The position numbers and the translations under genes are program-made. From Eledone cirrhosa (Eukaryota), in the NCBI GenBank assembly GCA_964016885.1, contig OZ024750.1, positions 33,852,001 to 33,916,000 on the forward strand: a stretch of 64,000 bases of DNA, read 5' to 3'. Below are positions 1 to 13,384 of the stretch, piece by piece. Position 1 is the stretch's first letter, and each line of letters starts with the position of its first letter. The notes under the pieces were generated by a model, which was given only the letters and a program-made list of their open reading frames with translations, was not told the DNA's origin and searched no databases.

Positions 1-482
1 ACACACACATATATACATACATACACATATACACAAGCGTATACAAGTGCATGCAAACACAGACACACATTTTTGCCCTTATATATATATATGTTTGCGT
101 GTATATAATAAATATATATATACACACACAGAAGTGCACAGACACACACTCATCTCTCTCTCTCTTCCATTATCTCTCCAGGCTACCATATTTTACACAA
201 AGCACCAGTTGTTTCTCTAGAAACTATTTAGCTAAGTCACTGAAATGCTGTTCTCTTGTGAACCCAGCAAAATAAGAAATTCAATAAAGGCCAATATTTA
301 ACATATTGATAAACTTACTCGGAGCTGTGGAAAAATACAAGAAAAGTTCTACTTATGTGTACAGCTTGATAATTTGCTTGAACAACAATAATGATTAAAA
401 CAATAATCGCTGACTGTGACAATATAATTCCATACTCTGATTAGTATATTTCCTAATCAGCTTTGAATTAGCCCATTAGCAT

Positions 483-714
483 TTAACCCATTAATGCTCA
501 AACCGGCCAAAACCGGTCAGAATTCTCTACCTTTTTCTGTTGAAGCTGGCTGTAACTGGGCACTCAAACTTATGTTAAAGTATTGTTCTCAAAATAAATA
601 CTTTCAAAATCTCATAGATTCGATATTATGTGAGATAATTATGTGGAGTAAAGCCTTTACCATGAAAATATAATAGCATATATATATAAAATAATGTAAA
701 TGCTAAAGGGTTAA
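483..714. mobile_element. piggyBac-type MITE (TTAA-CCC...GGG-TTAA), family P1
   Basis: TTAA target sites with CCCTTTAGCATTTA-like terminal inverted repeats. Confidence 0.8.
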
Positions 715-1749
715 TAAACATTCCAGTCATGGCTGGAAATTTAGCTGGTCAAATAATAAGAATTCATACCACAGATCAATAATCATATGTAAATATATTT
801 CACAGCAAGGTTTATTAATTAATAATTTAAACTAGAACATATTTTGGGAGATGATATAAGATTATTTTATAGAATTTTTAAAACGAAAAATGCATTCAAT
901 GCATGAAAAACGACATGCTTACTAATTTAATTGTAGCAATATGTAAAGTAATATTTCTGATTCTATTCAAAGAATATTATCGGCAGTTCACTCTAAGAGG
1001 GCTGCATAAATAGCAATTCAGGCAGGGAAATGGAAATGTTACACACAATAACAGAAATATGTCAGCTAGTTCTGTTGGCAATAAGATTATTGATTAAATC
1101 TTTTGCATAACTGCTTGATTTTCTCTGTATGGAAGAACAAGATCAATTAAATATCAGATTTATTCATCAATAGAACACTAACTAGACATAATTTGAAAAC
1201 GAAAACTTTAACTTGCACCAATGTCATTATTTGCTTTAAGCAAGTGCAGTATAAATATATATTTCTAGAAAACTTAATAAACACGAATATTTCATCCATG
1301 TAGTAGTAGTAGGAAAAGATAGTGAACATACTACAACAACATCTCAGCTAAGAATGTACAATAGAAAACTGTCAACAACATTACAAATAAAATACTGTGT
1401 TTATGAAATGTTGTCAATTTTATACACACTAGCAAAAAATGTTTAAATATTAATTGATACCTGACACAAAACCAAACATTAAGGTTTAAATTTAAAGAAA
1501 AAAATATATTAACGATTAAACTGATACATTTCTCATAATGTTTAATATTACTCTGGTTAAAATTAAACATAGAATTATATCAATCTAGTAATACAGAAAA
1601 TATTGAAGAACAATTCTAGCTGTAAACCTAAATCCAACTTTTAGTCATTTTCATGGAATAATTACCATTATTTTTAGGTTCACTTTTCCATACTGGCAGG
1701 CAGGGACCTTTCACAATGTTAATTCATAGTTCGTTATTTCTAAGTGTTA

Positions 1750-1820
1750 TGTGTGTGTGTGTATATATATATATATACATACATACATACATACATACAT
1801 ACATACACACATACACACAT

Positions 1821-1862
<42 letters not shown>

Positions 1863-1983
1863 TACTGATGTTCAAACCAAGTGGTGAGAAGTGTTGTTTA
1901 TGGGGGACATAAACAAACGTCACCATGTGCATTTTAAACAATGTTGATATGGAGACATACAACAGCTGATACACACACATACA

Positions 1984-2030
<47 letters not shown>

Positions 2031-2240
2031 TATAATACATATATATATACATATAATACATATATATATACATATAATACATATATATACATATATACAT
2101 ATATATATATATAATACATATATATATATATATATAATACATATATATATATATATATAATACATATATACATATATATATATATATAATACATATATAC
2201 ATATATATATATATATAATACATATATATATATATATATA

Positions 2241-2309
<69 letters not shown>

Positions 2310-2330
2310 ATACACAATACATATACATAT
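1750..2330. repeat. (TA)/(TACA) microsatellite arrays
   Basis: Direct inspection. Confidence 0.9.
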
Positions 2331-2810
2331 AAAATTAGGGATGATTTTCTGAAGACAAAAAGAAAAGAACCACAAATCAAATCACTAAGATAAGTAATTA
2401 AAAAACAAAAAAATTGTATACTATTTACATCGTTGAATTGTTAATATATTTCTTTAAAAAATAAAATTAACAACTATTTCCTGTCATATAGGTTAGGCAG
2501 GTTGTCATGTGAAGAAGTTAGATTGGTCAGGTGACCATGTCTTTGCACACTTGTTCTGTTTAAATATTGCTAATTGGTAGTTCCTTGAGCATATTGGAAT
2601 ATATTTGTTTTTTTGCTATCAAAGTCAAATGTCACCTATTTAACTTGATACTGATAAAGCATGTCACCCAGGTCACGTTGACCAATGTCTTGTGAGAGAA
2701 TTTGGTAGATAGTAACTATATTGAACCCGTCATATATATATACTAATAATAATAATAATAAAAAGGACGAAGTTACAATCCCTACACACACACACACACA
2801 CACACAGAGC

Positions 2811-2994
2811 AAAATGTATGGTCTCGACGGCAGAGCTCAAGCCGTTTCGACGGCTATTTCCAGAAATAGCCGTCGAAATGGCTTGAGCTCTGCCGTCGAG
2901 GTCATACATTTTCCTATTACCCACTCTACTACCTTAAGTATTGAGTACTCTGGTGCGTTATGGTCCACCTGGTATCTTACCACAACTCCTTCAT

Positions 2995-2996
<2 letters not shown>
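2811..2996 (+). mobile_element. Penelope-like pLTR remnant, family A, fold-back (50-bp arms)
   Basis: Arms at 2811-2860 and 2863-2912 (3 mismatches, 2-nt loop), then a tail ...TATTGAGTACT...CCTTCAT running into (TA)n. Homologous to the 43171 and 59622 copies. Confidence 0.7.
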
Positions 2997-3041
<45 letters not shown>

Positions 3042-4017
3042 CAAAGAATGTCCCTGAATGACGAAGATCTTATAAAATTAATTTTTAAAAAGTGGACAAA
3101 AATGGATGAAACAGAGGACATTCCCTTCTTATCAGACAACAGCTGGAGGTCTTTATGGAAACCACAAGGACCTCCAGAGTTCAACTGATAAGGGACTGTC
3201 TGTCCTATGTTCCATCTGTTGTCTTTGCCTACCCTTTTTTTGAATTTATTTATATATTTATTATTAGTACAGATTAAAGAATTTGTGCTTTCACTCTATA
3301 TGGGGTCGTCTGAAACAGAAGAATCCATCTGTAGGCACAGAAGTAAATATTTAAAAAAAGTTATTGAACCCTCTTCAGATTTTGGTCTTTGTGTTTCTTA
3401 TTATTCTTATATATATTTGTGTGTGTGTGCATGTGCTTCCTTCCTTCCACTTTATATATGGCACTGGATGTGATAACATCACACACACAAAGTAGTCAGT
3501 ACCTTACAAATTAAAAAAAACACAAAAAAAAACAAGGGTTTGTACCAGGAAGATTATCTCATTATAGAATACTTCAAAAAAAAAAAACAAAAAAAACAAA
3601 AAAAACTGAATACTATCATGGAAAGACGGATAAACTTATCATGGATAAACTTAGACACTTGATATTCTCTCCCATGTTGAAATGTTTTTCATGATCTTGT
3701 GAGTATTTAATTAGAATTCTTTCCTGCCAAAGTATCTTTCGCCAATAATAGCAACAAATCTTTAGAGAAAAAAGAATGCTATGCTGTGATGTTGCTGTAT
3801 ATTTGCAAGAATGTTAGCTACCTATGTGAAATAAAGTTATAACTAATATTTGAAACAGATATGTTTTTGTGTAGCTTAACACATTACATAATTCTATACA
3901 GTAACTCAGATCAAACTTATTTATAATAATTGATGTTTTTTAAATATATTTATTTATTCATTTACTTTGTTTTTTGCTGTTGTGTTCTGATAAACTCAAA
4001 TGAAATCTGTATCAGGT

Positions 4018-4573
4018 TTAACGCATTTACATTACTCTATACATACTATAATATATACAATTATATTTTCATGGTAAAGGCTTGACCTCACAATGTTGAA
4101 TCTACAAGATTGTGATATTTATTTTGAGAACAATACCTTAACATCAGTATGAGTGGCTGGTTAGAACAGAGATGTAAGAGAATTCTGTCTGGATAAGGCT
4201 GGTTTAAATGCTAAAGGGTTAAAGAAAATATCAGGATCTCAGCAATGGAAAAGACCAAGGAATGTAAGGTACATTTCACTCTCAAGTACTGGTAATATAC
4301 AAAAAGAAACCAGTACATGTGTGAGTGAATGAGAGACTGTTTCTAAAAGATTACAAAAAGTATTGCTTTAACCCTTTAGTATTTAAACCAACCATATCCG
4401 GCCAGAATTCTCTCACCTCTTTCTGTTCAAACTGGCCACGCACACTGATATTAAGGTATTGTTCTTAAAATAAATGATATCAAAATCTCATAGACTAGAT
4501 ATTATGTGAGGTAAAGTCTTTACTGCGAAAATACAATAGTATATATAGAGTAATGTAAATGATAAAGGGTTAA
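4018..4573. mobile_element. two P1 MITEs in opposite orientation (4018-4222, 4368-4573)
   Basis: TTAA ends and internal homology to 483-714. Confidence 0.8.
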
Positions 4574-5350
4574 ATATTTTTTTTAAAAACTTATATCAAA
4601 CTTACCAATTATATTAAATAAGAAAGTTCTAAATGATACCACTTAACCAATTTGATATCAACCTGCCCCAAAACCTCATCTGGTTCTATGAAACAAAACA
4701 ACTCATTTTAAAGGATTCCTACATCAAACTATTCCAAAATAATTTTAGATAAGAAAATTTGTGTCTCTTACAAATATTGTCTTAATGAAATTACAATTTT
4801 AGTGAATCTTTCCCAAATTCTTCAATAATTACTTAAAATATAGTATATTCCATAGTTGTTAAGACATCTGATAGAATGCATTATGGTATTCGTCACACCT
4901 CATTGGGAGCTCTGAGTTCAAATCCCGCTGAGGTCAACTTTGCCTTTCATCCTTTTGAAGTTGATAAAAAAAAAAAGTACCAGTCCAGTACTGGGGTCGA
5001 TTCTTCTTCTATAGAAAAAAAAAATCAGCTGTGTTCAGACCTGGAGAGGGTTGGGCTCCGTCAGGTTTTAAAGTAACCTAGACACACCGTATGACGGTGC
5101 TTCTACGACTCCGCGAGGAGTTATATTTCTAACGGAATATAAGGATAAAGCGAACAAAGAGTGGCTTAGAAGGGCAAAAGTATTCGGCTCTTTACCTTAC
5201 GAGGTCGATAAAATAATGTACCAGTAATGAGCTGGGGTTCGATTTAATCAACTTTCCCCTCCATCCAAAATTGTTGGCCTTGTACCTAAATCATAAACTA
5301 ATACTTAAAATGATAACCTGACATGAGAAATAAGTATTTAACTAAAACAT

Positions 5351-5633
5351 CTCAGACCAGGTGATGTGTTGTTTCCTTGAGCAAGACACTTTATTTCACA
5401 TTGCTCCAGTTTACTCAGCTGTAAAAATGAGATGATAGGGACTGGGGTCCATATCATTCCACTGCAAAGTGGTCGTGGAGGTGCCACGACAAAAAAACAC
5501 CCAACACTCACCGTAAATGAGGTTGGTGTTAGGAAGGGCATCCAGCTGTAGAAATCAAGCCAGAATCAGTTCCCGTCCCACCCTTGCAAGCAGGGAAAAG
5601 CGGACGTAAAATGAAATGATGAAATGATGATGA
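5351..5633 (+). mobile_element. SINE family 1, 5'-truncated
   Basis: Starts after the B box; core and RTE tail are present. Confidence 0.85.
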
Positions 5634-5704
5634 TTACCTAACATTAAAACTAACAAATATATATAGAACAAAAGTGACTTTATCCAGATAACAGGGTGGA
5701 AAAA

Positions 5705-6093
5705 ATAACCTTTTAACATTTACACCAGCTGTATGTGACCAGAATTCTCTCACCTCATCAAACCAGCCGTAACCAGCCGCTCATACTGATGTTAAGGTAT
5801 TGTTCTCAAAATAAATATTAAAATATCATAGATTTAATATTACGTGAGATACATGAGTTACTATGAGATATTATGTATTATGTTAGATATGAGATATTAT
5901 GTGAGATATATGAGATATGTGAGATATTATATGAGATACATGATATTATGTGAGATATATGAGATATTATTATGCGAGATATGAGATATTATTATGCGAG
6001 ATATGAGATATTGTGAGAGATATTATGTGAGGTAAAGCCTTTACCATGAAATACAATAGTAAATATATAGTAATATCAATGGTAAAGGGTTAT
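5705..6093. mobile_element. P1 MITE with internal GAGATATTATGT tandem expansion
   Basis: MITE ends are present; 5840-6030 is an amplified internal motif. Confidence 0.75.
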
Positions 6094-6339
6094 TTTTTCT
6101 GAAAATATAAATAATCATTCTCACATATTTGAATATTTTAATATAAAATGTAAATGAGAAGAGAATCAATAAAATATGCAAGATATTGAACACAAAGCAA
6201 ATATTTGTAGTTTAATTTGATAAAGTTGTCAGAAAATATAATGTAAATCACAAAATAGTATTTTGCTTTCCGTTATTTTCCTGAAAAACTGCCAAGAACA
6301 ACAAATAAAGCTCAAGTAGGAAGGACTGAAAATGATGTT

Positions 6340-6940
6340 GTATATATATGATGTGATATGTGGTGTGAGATGTGTGTGGTATGGGATATGGGTGTGTGTG
6401 TGGTGTGAGATGTGTGTGTGTGGTGTGAGATGTGTGTGTGTGGTGTGAGATGTGTGTGTGTGTGTGTGGTGTGAGATGTGTGTGTGTGTGTGGTGTGTGG
6501 TGTGTGTGTGTGTGGTGTGAGATATGTATGTGGGGTGTGAGGTGTGTGTGCGTGGTGTGAGATGTGTGTGTGGTGTGAGATGTGTGTGTGTAGTGCGAGA
6601 TGTATATGGTGTGTGATGTGGTGTGGTGTGTGATGTGAGATGTATGTGTGTGTGGTGTGAGATGTATGTGTGTGATATGGTGTGGTGTGTGATGTATGGT
6701 GTGTATGTGTGATGTGTGGTGTGACATGTGTGTATGTGTAATGTGTGAGGTGTGTGTGATGTGTGACATGTGTGTGAGAGGTGTGTGGTGTGTAATGAGA
6801 CATGTGTGTGATGTGTGAGAGAGATGTGTGTGTAAAAAACATGTGATATATGTGTATGATGTATGTGTGTGAGACATGCATGTGTGGTGTATGTGTGTTG
6901 TGTGGTATGTGTGCGTATGATACGTCTGTATGTGTATGCA
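6340..6940. repeat. (GT)n-derived GTGGTGTGAGAT repeat
   Basis: Direct inspection. Confidence 0.85.
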
Positions 6941-7343
6941 TGATAAGAAGAGCTGTTAAAAAGGTGGATGAACTCCTCAGAGTCAAAGACATCCACCCCG
7001 ACTCTGGTACGTCTTAACAGCATTATAGACCCCGAGGCAGATCTTACTGTATAGTATAGTATTTATCAATTGACAGCAAGTTGCTACATACATAGATTAC
7101 CATGGGCCCCCTATCCTCGTGGGGCCACCGGGCAACTGCCCAGCGTGCCCATGCATTTAAACGGTCTGCCCCGACTATGGGTTAAATAGCCTCAACTACC
7201 CACAATTGGCCAAGCGTGGTGAGTACAGCTACACCCCTGAACACCTGACCAAAACTAAACAGAAAGCAGTGAAGGTCAACCAAGGAGGGGTTTGTGGTTC
7301 CGCCAACAGGAGCGAGAAGACTCTGGACTAGAATGAAGATATA

Positions 7344-7447
7344 TAGGGTGTCCTAAAAAAAATGTGTACACACTTCAACATCATTCTAATAAATATTACC
7401 TGTACGGGTAATCAAAGTGTGTATACATTTATTGGGGAGACCCTGTT
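7344..7447. mobile_element. Tc1/mariner-type MITE
   Basis: AGGGTGTCC-AAAAAAATGT(G)TACACACTT / AAGTGTGTATACATTT...ACCCTG inverted repeats in a TA context. Confidence 0.7.
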
Positions 7448-9176
7448 TATATATATATGAGCAAGACATGGCCACCTGACCCAGCATTTCTCAGGACAGC
7501 TGGTCTAACCCATGCTAGTATGGAAAATTGGACATTAAATGATGATGATGATGATGATGCAAGCATTCATAAGCGGACATAAAAACAATGATTATATTAT
7601 ATTATATATATATATCTCACGGTGGAGATGACGAAGGACCGTGACAAGTGGAGAGATGCTGTGCTGAATAAGACCCGTCCCACCCTTGCAAGCAGGGAAA
7701 AGCGGACGTAAAATGATGACGATATATATATATATATAAAATAATGAAATTATTGTGTAAAATGCTCAGGTGCACTACAACTCGTCAAAGGTGCATGTAT
7801 AGTACATAGAATAATTGTTTCTACTTTAGGCACAAGGCCAGCAATTACCCAGTACATTACTGATACAAATGTCAGGGAAGTGAATAGTGTATGAGTCATG
7901 ATATACATGAGTGTATGTGTATGGAGGGGGAACATTAGGTGTAGTGTAGGCGAATCTCGGGAAGCATGGAGGTTTTAAAGGATGCAGTGTCTCGACAACT
8001 AACAACTGATACAGGTAGTTTGTTCCATATATACTGGTACTCACAGAGGAGATGACGAAGGACCATGATGAATGGAGAGATGCTGTGCTGAAAAGGACCC
8101 GTTCCACCCTTGCAAGCAGGGAAACGCGGACGTAAAATGTTGATGATGATATACATATATACATATTTGTGTATGTGTGTGCGTATATATATATATATAT
8201 ACGTCCCACCCTTGCAAACAGGGAAAAGTGGACGTAAAATGATATCCAGGCACATTTTATACTCTGTACTCTGTGCCAGACAGTAGGTCATCAATTTAAC
8301 TATCACTGCGGTAATTAACGATGTTACTTAAAATGATGTAATACAGCTTATGTAATATCAAAGACACTTTAAGAAATAAATTTATTAAACAATAATTTCT
8401 ATACATCTGAAAGCACTCTACAGCTTCCAGCATAGCTTAAAGAAGATGGAAGAGTGATATTGTTGTCTCACAGAAACCTATCATTTGTCAAGTAATGAGG
8501 TCTATAAACAAAAATAACCTGTCAGCACAATTGGGAAATATATCAGGGGTTTAAATTCTCACATTCTAAAATTTTCTTCTTTTGGAGAAAGGAAAACAAA
8601 AAGGTAAATAATAAAAAGTAATTTTCCTTAAATAAATTTTATCATTTCTATCTTTATTTTATTTTCTTAAAATAAAATTATTACTATTTCATCGTAACAC
8701 TCATCAAAACGATGAGTTTGAATTTTTACTTGACAAACTGCATTGCTTTATGTATTATTGGCATTATGACAGAGAGAAAATAGAAAAAGAAGAAAAAAAG
8801 AAAGGAAGGGAAAAAAAGAAAAAAAAAACACTATAAAATAAAAATAGAAAGAAGTAGGAAAAAAATATTATGAAACATGAATTTTAGAGGAAATATTTCA
8901 GGCAAAATAATTCTGCTTCATGAGTCACCTCACGAACCCAAGCTCAATAATGAATAGCATCTCAGACTATCAGTAAACAGTGCATTCCTTTCATTGTACA
9001 TATTGATTGCTTATTTTAACATGTAGCCAGCCAATATGACAATATTGAAAAACAAAGCACACAATAATAATAATCATTATTATTATTATCATTTGTACCG
9101 TCCTGTGCTGTCCTTAATGTTATACTTTGTGTCAACCCTTGTGGTTAATAAAGGAAACATTATTATTACTATTACA

Positions 9177-9510
9177 TTCCGAGTTCAAATCCCGCCAAGG
9201 TTAACTTTGCCTTTCATCCTCATGGGGTCGATAAAATAAAGTACCAGTAATGCACTGGGTAATTGCTGGCCTTGTGCCTAACGTAGAAACAATTATTATT
9301 ACTATTACTGGTGATGGCGGTGAATTGGCAGTATCGGTAGAGGGTTGGACGCCATGCTTTCTAGCATAGTTACGTCCCTTTACAATCTGAGTTAGAAACA
9401 ATTATTATTATTATTACTATTATTATTATTTATCATTAATATGGCGGTGGATTGATAGTATTGGTAGAGCATCAGAGACCATGCTTTGCAGCATAGAGTT
9501 ACAGGCCCTT
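9177..9510 (+). mobile_element. cluster of SINE family 2 fragments
   Basis: Three tandem partial copies. Confidence 0.8.
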
Positions 9511-10067
9511 TACCCTTTAGCATTTGCATTATTCTATATTTACTATTGTAATTTCACAGTAAATACTTTATCTCACTTAATATCGAATCTATGAGATTTT
9601 CATATTTATTTTAAGAACAATACCTTAACATAAATATGGAGGCACATGGCTTAGTGGTTAGAGCATTGGCCTTGCAATCGAAAGGTTGTGAGTTCAATTC
9701 TCAGACCGGGTGATGTGTTGTTTCCTTGAGCAAGACACTTTATTTCACATTGCTCCAGTTTACTCAGCTGTAGAAATGAGATGACAGGGACTGGGGTCCC
9801 TATCACTCCACTGCAAAGTGGTCGTGTAGGTGCCACGGCAAAAAAGCACCCAGCACTCACTGTAAATGAGGTTGGTGTTAGGTAGGGCATCCAGCTGTAG
9901 AAATCCTGCCAGAATCTGTTCCCGTCCCACCCTTGCAAGCAGGGGAAAGCGGACGTAAAATGAAATGAATGAATGAAATGAATGAGTGGTCAGTTATGGC
10001 TGGTTTGAACAGAAAGAAGTGAGATAATTCTGGCCGGATGCAGCTGGTTTAAATGCTAAAAGGTTAA
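9509..10067. mobile_element. P1 MITE interrupted by a family 1 SINE
   Basis: The MITE consensus resumes after the SINE tail. Confidence 0.75.
9638..9984 (+). mobile_element. tRNA-derived CORE-type SINE with RTE 3' tail (family 1)
   Basis: A box TGGCTTAGTGG, B box GAGTTCAATTC, MIR-like core CCTTGAGCAAGACACTT...CAGTTTACTCAGCTGTAGAAATGAG, and a tail shared with the RTE 3' UTR. Inserted into a TTAA MITE. Confidence 0.9.
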
Positions 10068-10778
10068 TCAACTTTCTCCTCCTCTTCAAATTGTTGCCTA
10101 AAGTAGAAACAATTACGGACGCCATGCTTTGACGCATAGAGTTACGGCCCTTGCCATTCTGAGTTCAAATCCCGCCGAGGTTAACTTTGCCTTTCATCCT
10201 TACGGGGTCGATAAAATAAAGTACCAGTAATACACTGGGTAATTGCTGGCCTTGTGCCTAAAGTAGAAACGATTATTATTATTTCTGTTTTTGGCACAAG
10301 GCCAGCAATTTGAAAGGAAGAGGAGAAAGTCGATTTAATCAACCCCAGTGTGTTACTGGTACTTTATTTTCTCGAAGGATGAAGGAAGACAACCATGATG
10401 AGATTTGAACTCAGAACATAAAGGGCCATAACTATATACCACAAAGCATGTCTGTCCCTCTGCCAATAATGGTTTCAAATTTAGACACAAAACCAACAAT
10501 TTAGAGGTAGGAGAAAGTTGATTAAATTGACCCCAGTGTTTTTACTGGTACTTTATTTTATTGACCTTGTAAAGATAACCTTGGCAGGATTTGAACTCAT
10601 AACATGAGACGTGACTATATGCCACAAACCATGTTGTCCGATGCTCTACCAGTACTGCCAATCCACCACCTTAATAATCATTGTTTCTACTTTAGGCACA
10701 AGACCAAGAACTTTTGACAAAGGAAAAGTTGATTAAAACAACCCCAGTGCATTACTGGTATTTTATTTTACCAACCCC
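10068..10778. mobile_element. cluster of SINE family 2 copies in both orientations
   Basis: A plus-strand copy at 10116-10280 followed by three minus-strand copies or fragments. Confidence 0.8.
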
Positions 10779-10849
10779 ATATTCGAGGTTTTTCGCTCTT
10801 CATGTGTGCTCTAGGAACGTATCCCCACACACAAATACCAGGGGACAAC

Positions 10850-10925
<76 letters not shown>

Positions 10926-11911
10926 ATATATATCTGATATATATATATATCAGATATATAATTGCAACATTTTCATATATTTTCTTGGATATTATTTGAA
11001 TAATTGATTTGATGAATGGCAACTTTCCAAAGCAATAACATTTATAATATTACAAATAAAAATATTGTTTTGCTGTTAATCTCAACAGACAATCAAGTTA
11101 TGACCTTGAATATATTGTAAGCAACGTCACTTATGTAAAACAAAATACTAACATTAAGCCTATAGATTATATTACAATGAAATTTTATCTACCGAAGAAA
11201 TTTAAGTAAAAACAAAAAAAAAAAAAAAGAGAAGGAAATTCGACTTTAGTTGGCATAGTTGGCATAAAATAAAATAAAATAAAATGAAATAAATTTTTTA
11301 AAAATGTAGTAAATAATTGCTAAACATACAACTCATTAATCAATACCAATCAAGAAGAATCTGTTTAAATAAATGGTTAAAAAAAAAAATCTCTTAAGAA
11401 AGCTTTATTTGATATTGAAGTGAAGAGTGATTGCAGAGAGAAAAAGAAAGAAAATTCGATAGTTAAAAAGAGAAAGAGAAAAAAGAAGAAAAAAAGGAAA
11501 GGGAGAAAAGATAAAAAAAATTAGTGAAATTCTCCACTGTAATTAAATGGAACTTCTTTTAGGATCTGGCTTTTATGAGAAAATCAAATGTTTAACAATG
11601 GTAGAAAAATAAATGAAGCGATGCAAGAATTTCCCCATATTAAAATCTGAATTCATTTAAAGCAGGATTTGCTATTTAAAAAACAAAAATACAAACTCTC
11701 TCAAGCTAAGAAGAATATTCAGACATGATAAACAAGTGTTGATTTCAATGATATAACATAACGTACCACTAGAGAATTATGTGAAGATAACTGAAGAAAC
11801 ACTTCTCAAAACTATTTAGACAGGAACACAAAAGATGTGTGTTATATTATGTGCAGGAGATGATTAGTTAGAGTATTGTAATTGGTAGATCTCAAAGTAT
11901 CCTATGGTAAG

Positions 11912-11989
<78 letters not shown>

Positions 11990-12158
11990 AGGCTGACCAA
12001 GATACGCTCATGGAATGACCAAAACATAGTCCTTGGGAAGAAACAATGCAGTTTTTATAAGATGAGTTGAAATTAATGCATGCAAGATTTCACAGCTCTA
12101 GCATCACTCCTTAGTCAGCCTATGGACTTTTCAATTGACCGTATATATATATATATAA

Positions 12159-12248
12159 AAGCTCTTCTATACTAAAACTTTTATACTCTGCTATGTATTG
12201 AGTACTTTACTTACTGTGGTTACCTCCGATTCAACCTGGAATAACTTA
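12159..12248 (+). mobile_element. solo pLTR-like tail between TA repeats
   Basis: About 90 nt with the TATTGAGTACT motif shared with the tails at 2939, 43321, 49176 and 57185. Confidence 0.45.
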
Positions 12249-13020
12249 TATATATAAATATATATATACTATTCCTTTCCATAAGAAAAGGTACAATAAA
12301 TTAATTTGAATCCAGTTGAATGAAATACAAAAGATAACATTTTAAAAATTAATTAAATATTAAATAACAACATAGTATGGTCCCATAACTCCTGATGGAA
12401 TCGTAGGGCACCATAGTGTTATATGGCATTTCCTGGACCTTTTAAACCTACAGGTGATTATGTAATACATAAGTAAAATATTAGAGAATATATTTTATGA
12501 CATTAATGTCAGCATGCAACCTATTTTTTTCTCTATAATATCATTATGAGAAAGTTATAATTAAATAACATCAGATTCCAACTTGTGGAAGCTGAGATTA
12601 ATTACAGCTATACCATTAAACATATAAAAAGCATCACCGTTACCTACTTAGAAACATTTCATAAGAAATTATTCAAACATGTCTCAAGTAACTTGGATTG
12701 TAGCCATTTCTAAGCTATTCCTTGATTTGATATTATTATTTACAGAGGAGATGGCTGTGGATTGGCAGAAATGAAAAATATATATATATTCTACAATATA
12801 GCTTTTATGAATCTAAGCTCACACTGTCAGGGCTGGCTGCCGTTCATTCTTCAAAGTTTGAGTGAATCAATTATTACACCCTTCCGCTATATATGTAATA
12901 TCATCTTTGAAATCAATGTTATTGCTTACAGACTCTTGTTAACTCTTTCAATACCATATTTCTCATGAAAGACACTAGCTGTTATTAATTTCAGAGAAAT
13001 TTGAAAATAATCGCTCATTA

Positions 13021-13231
13021 TTAACTCTTTAGCATTTACATTACTCTATATTTACTATTGTATTTTCATGGTAAACACTTTATTTCACATAATCATCTCA
13101 AATAATATCAAATCTATGGGATTTTGATATAGTTTATTTTGAGAATACCTTAACATAAGTATGAGCAGCCAGTTACAGCTGGTTTGAACAGAAAGAGGAG
13201 AGAATTCTGGCCGGAAATGCTAAAGGGTTAA
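13021..13231. mobile_element. P1 MITE nested in a P2 MITE remnant
   Basis: TTAA...TTAA ends; flanks at 12939-13015 and 13232-13310 match family P2. Confidence 0.75.
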
Positions 13232-13384
13232 GATGGTGTTTGGAACATAACTTATCAAAGGTTCTTTATATAGAAATATGATGGAAAGGTTCTAGATAAA
13301 TATAAAATACTTTAAAACAAACAGTTTATTTATGTATTTGTTTTGTAATGTTTTTTATATGAAACCATGTGTTGAAACAGATAT

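Noticed and set aside
3620-3780. Possible minus-strand acceptor and open frame as ARID5 exon 3
   Set aside because: The translation does not resemble the expected DEV(I/L)A..EK continuation, and there is no good donor. No convincing exon 3 was found in 1-34447.
5165-5182. AGAAGGGCAAAAG resembling a 28S rRNA segment
   Set aside because: The match is only about 13 nt and the flanks do not follow rRNA.
9638-9712. tRNA-like sequence with a GCA anticodon-like loop
   Set aside because: It is the head of a multi-copy SINE that continues into CORE and RTE domains, with no proper acceptor stem.
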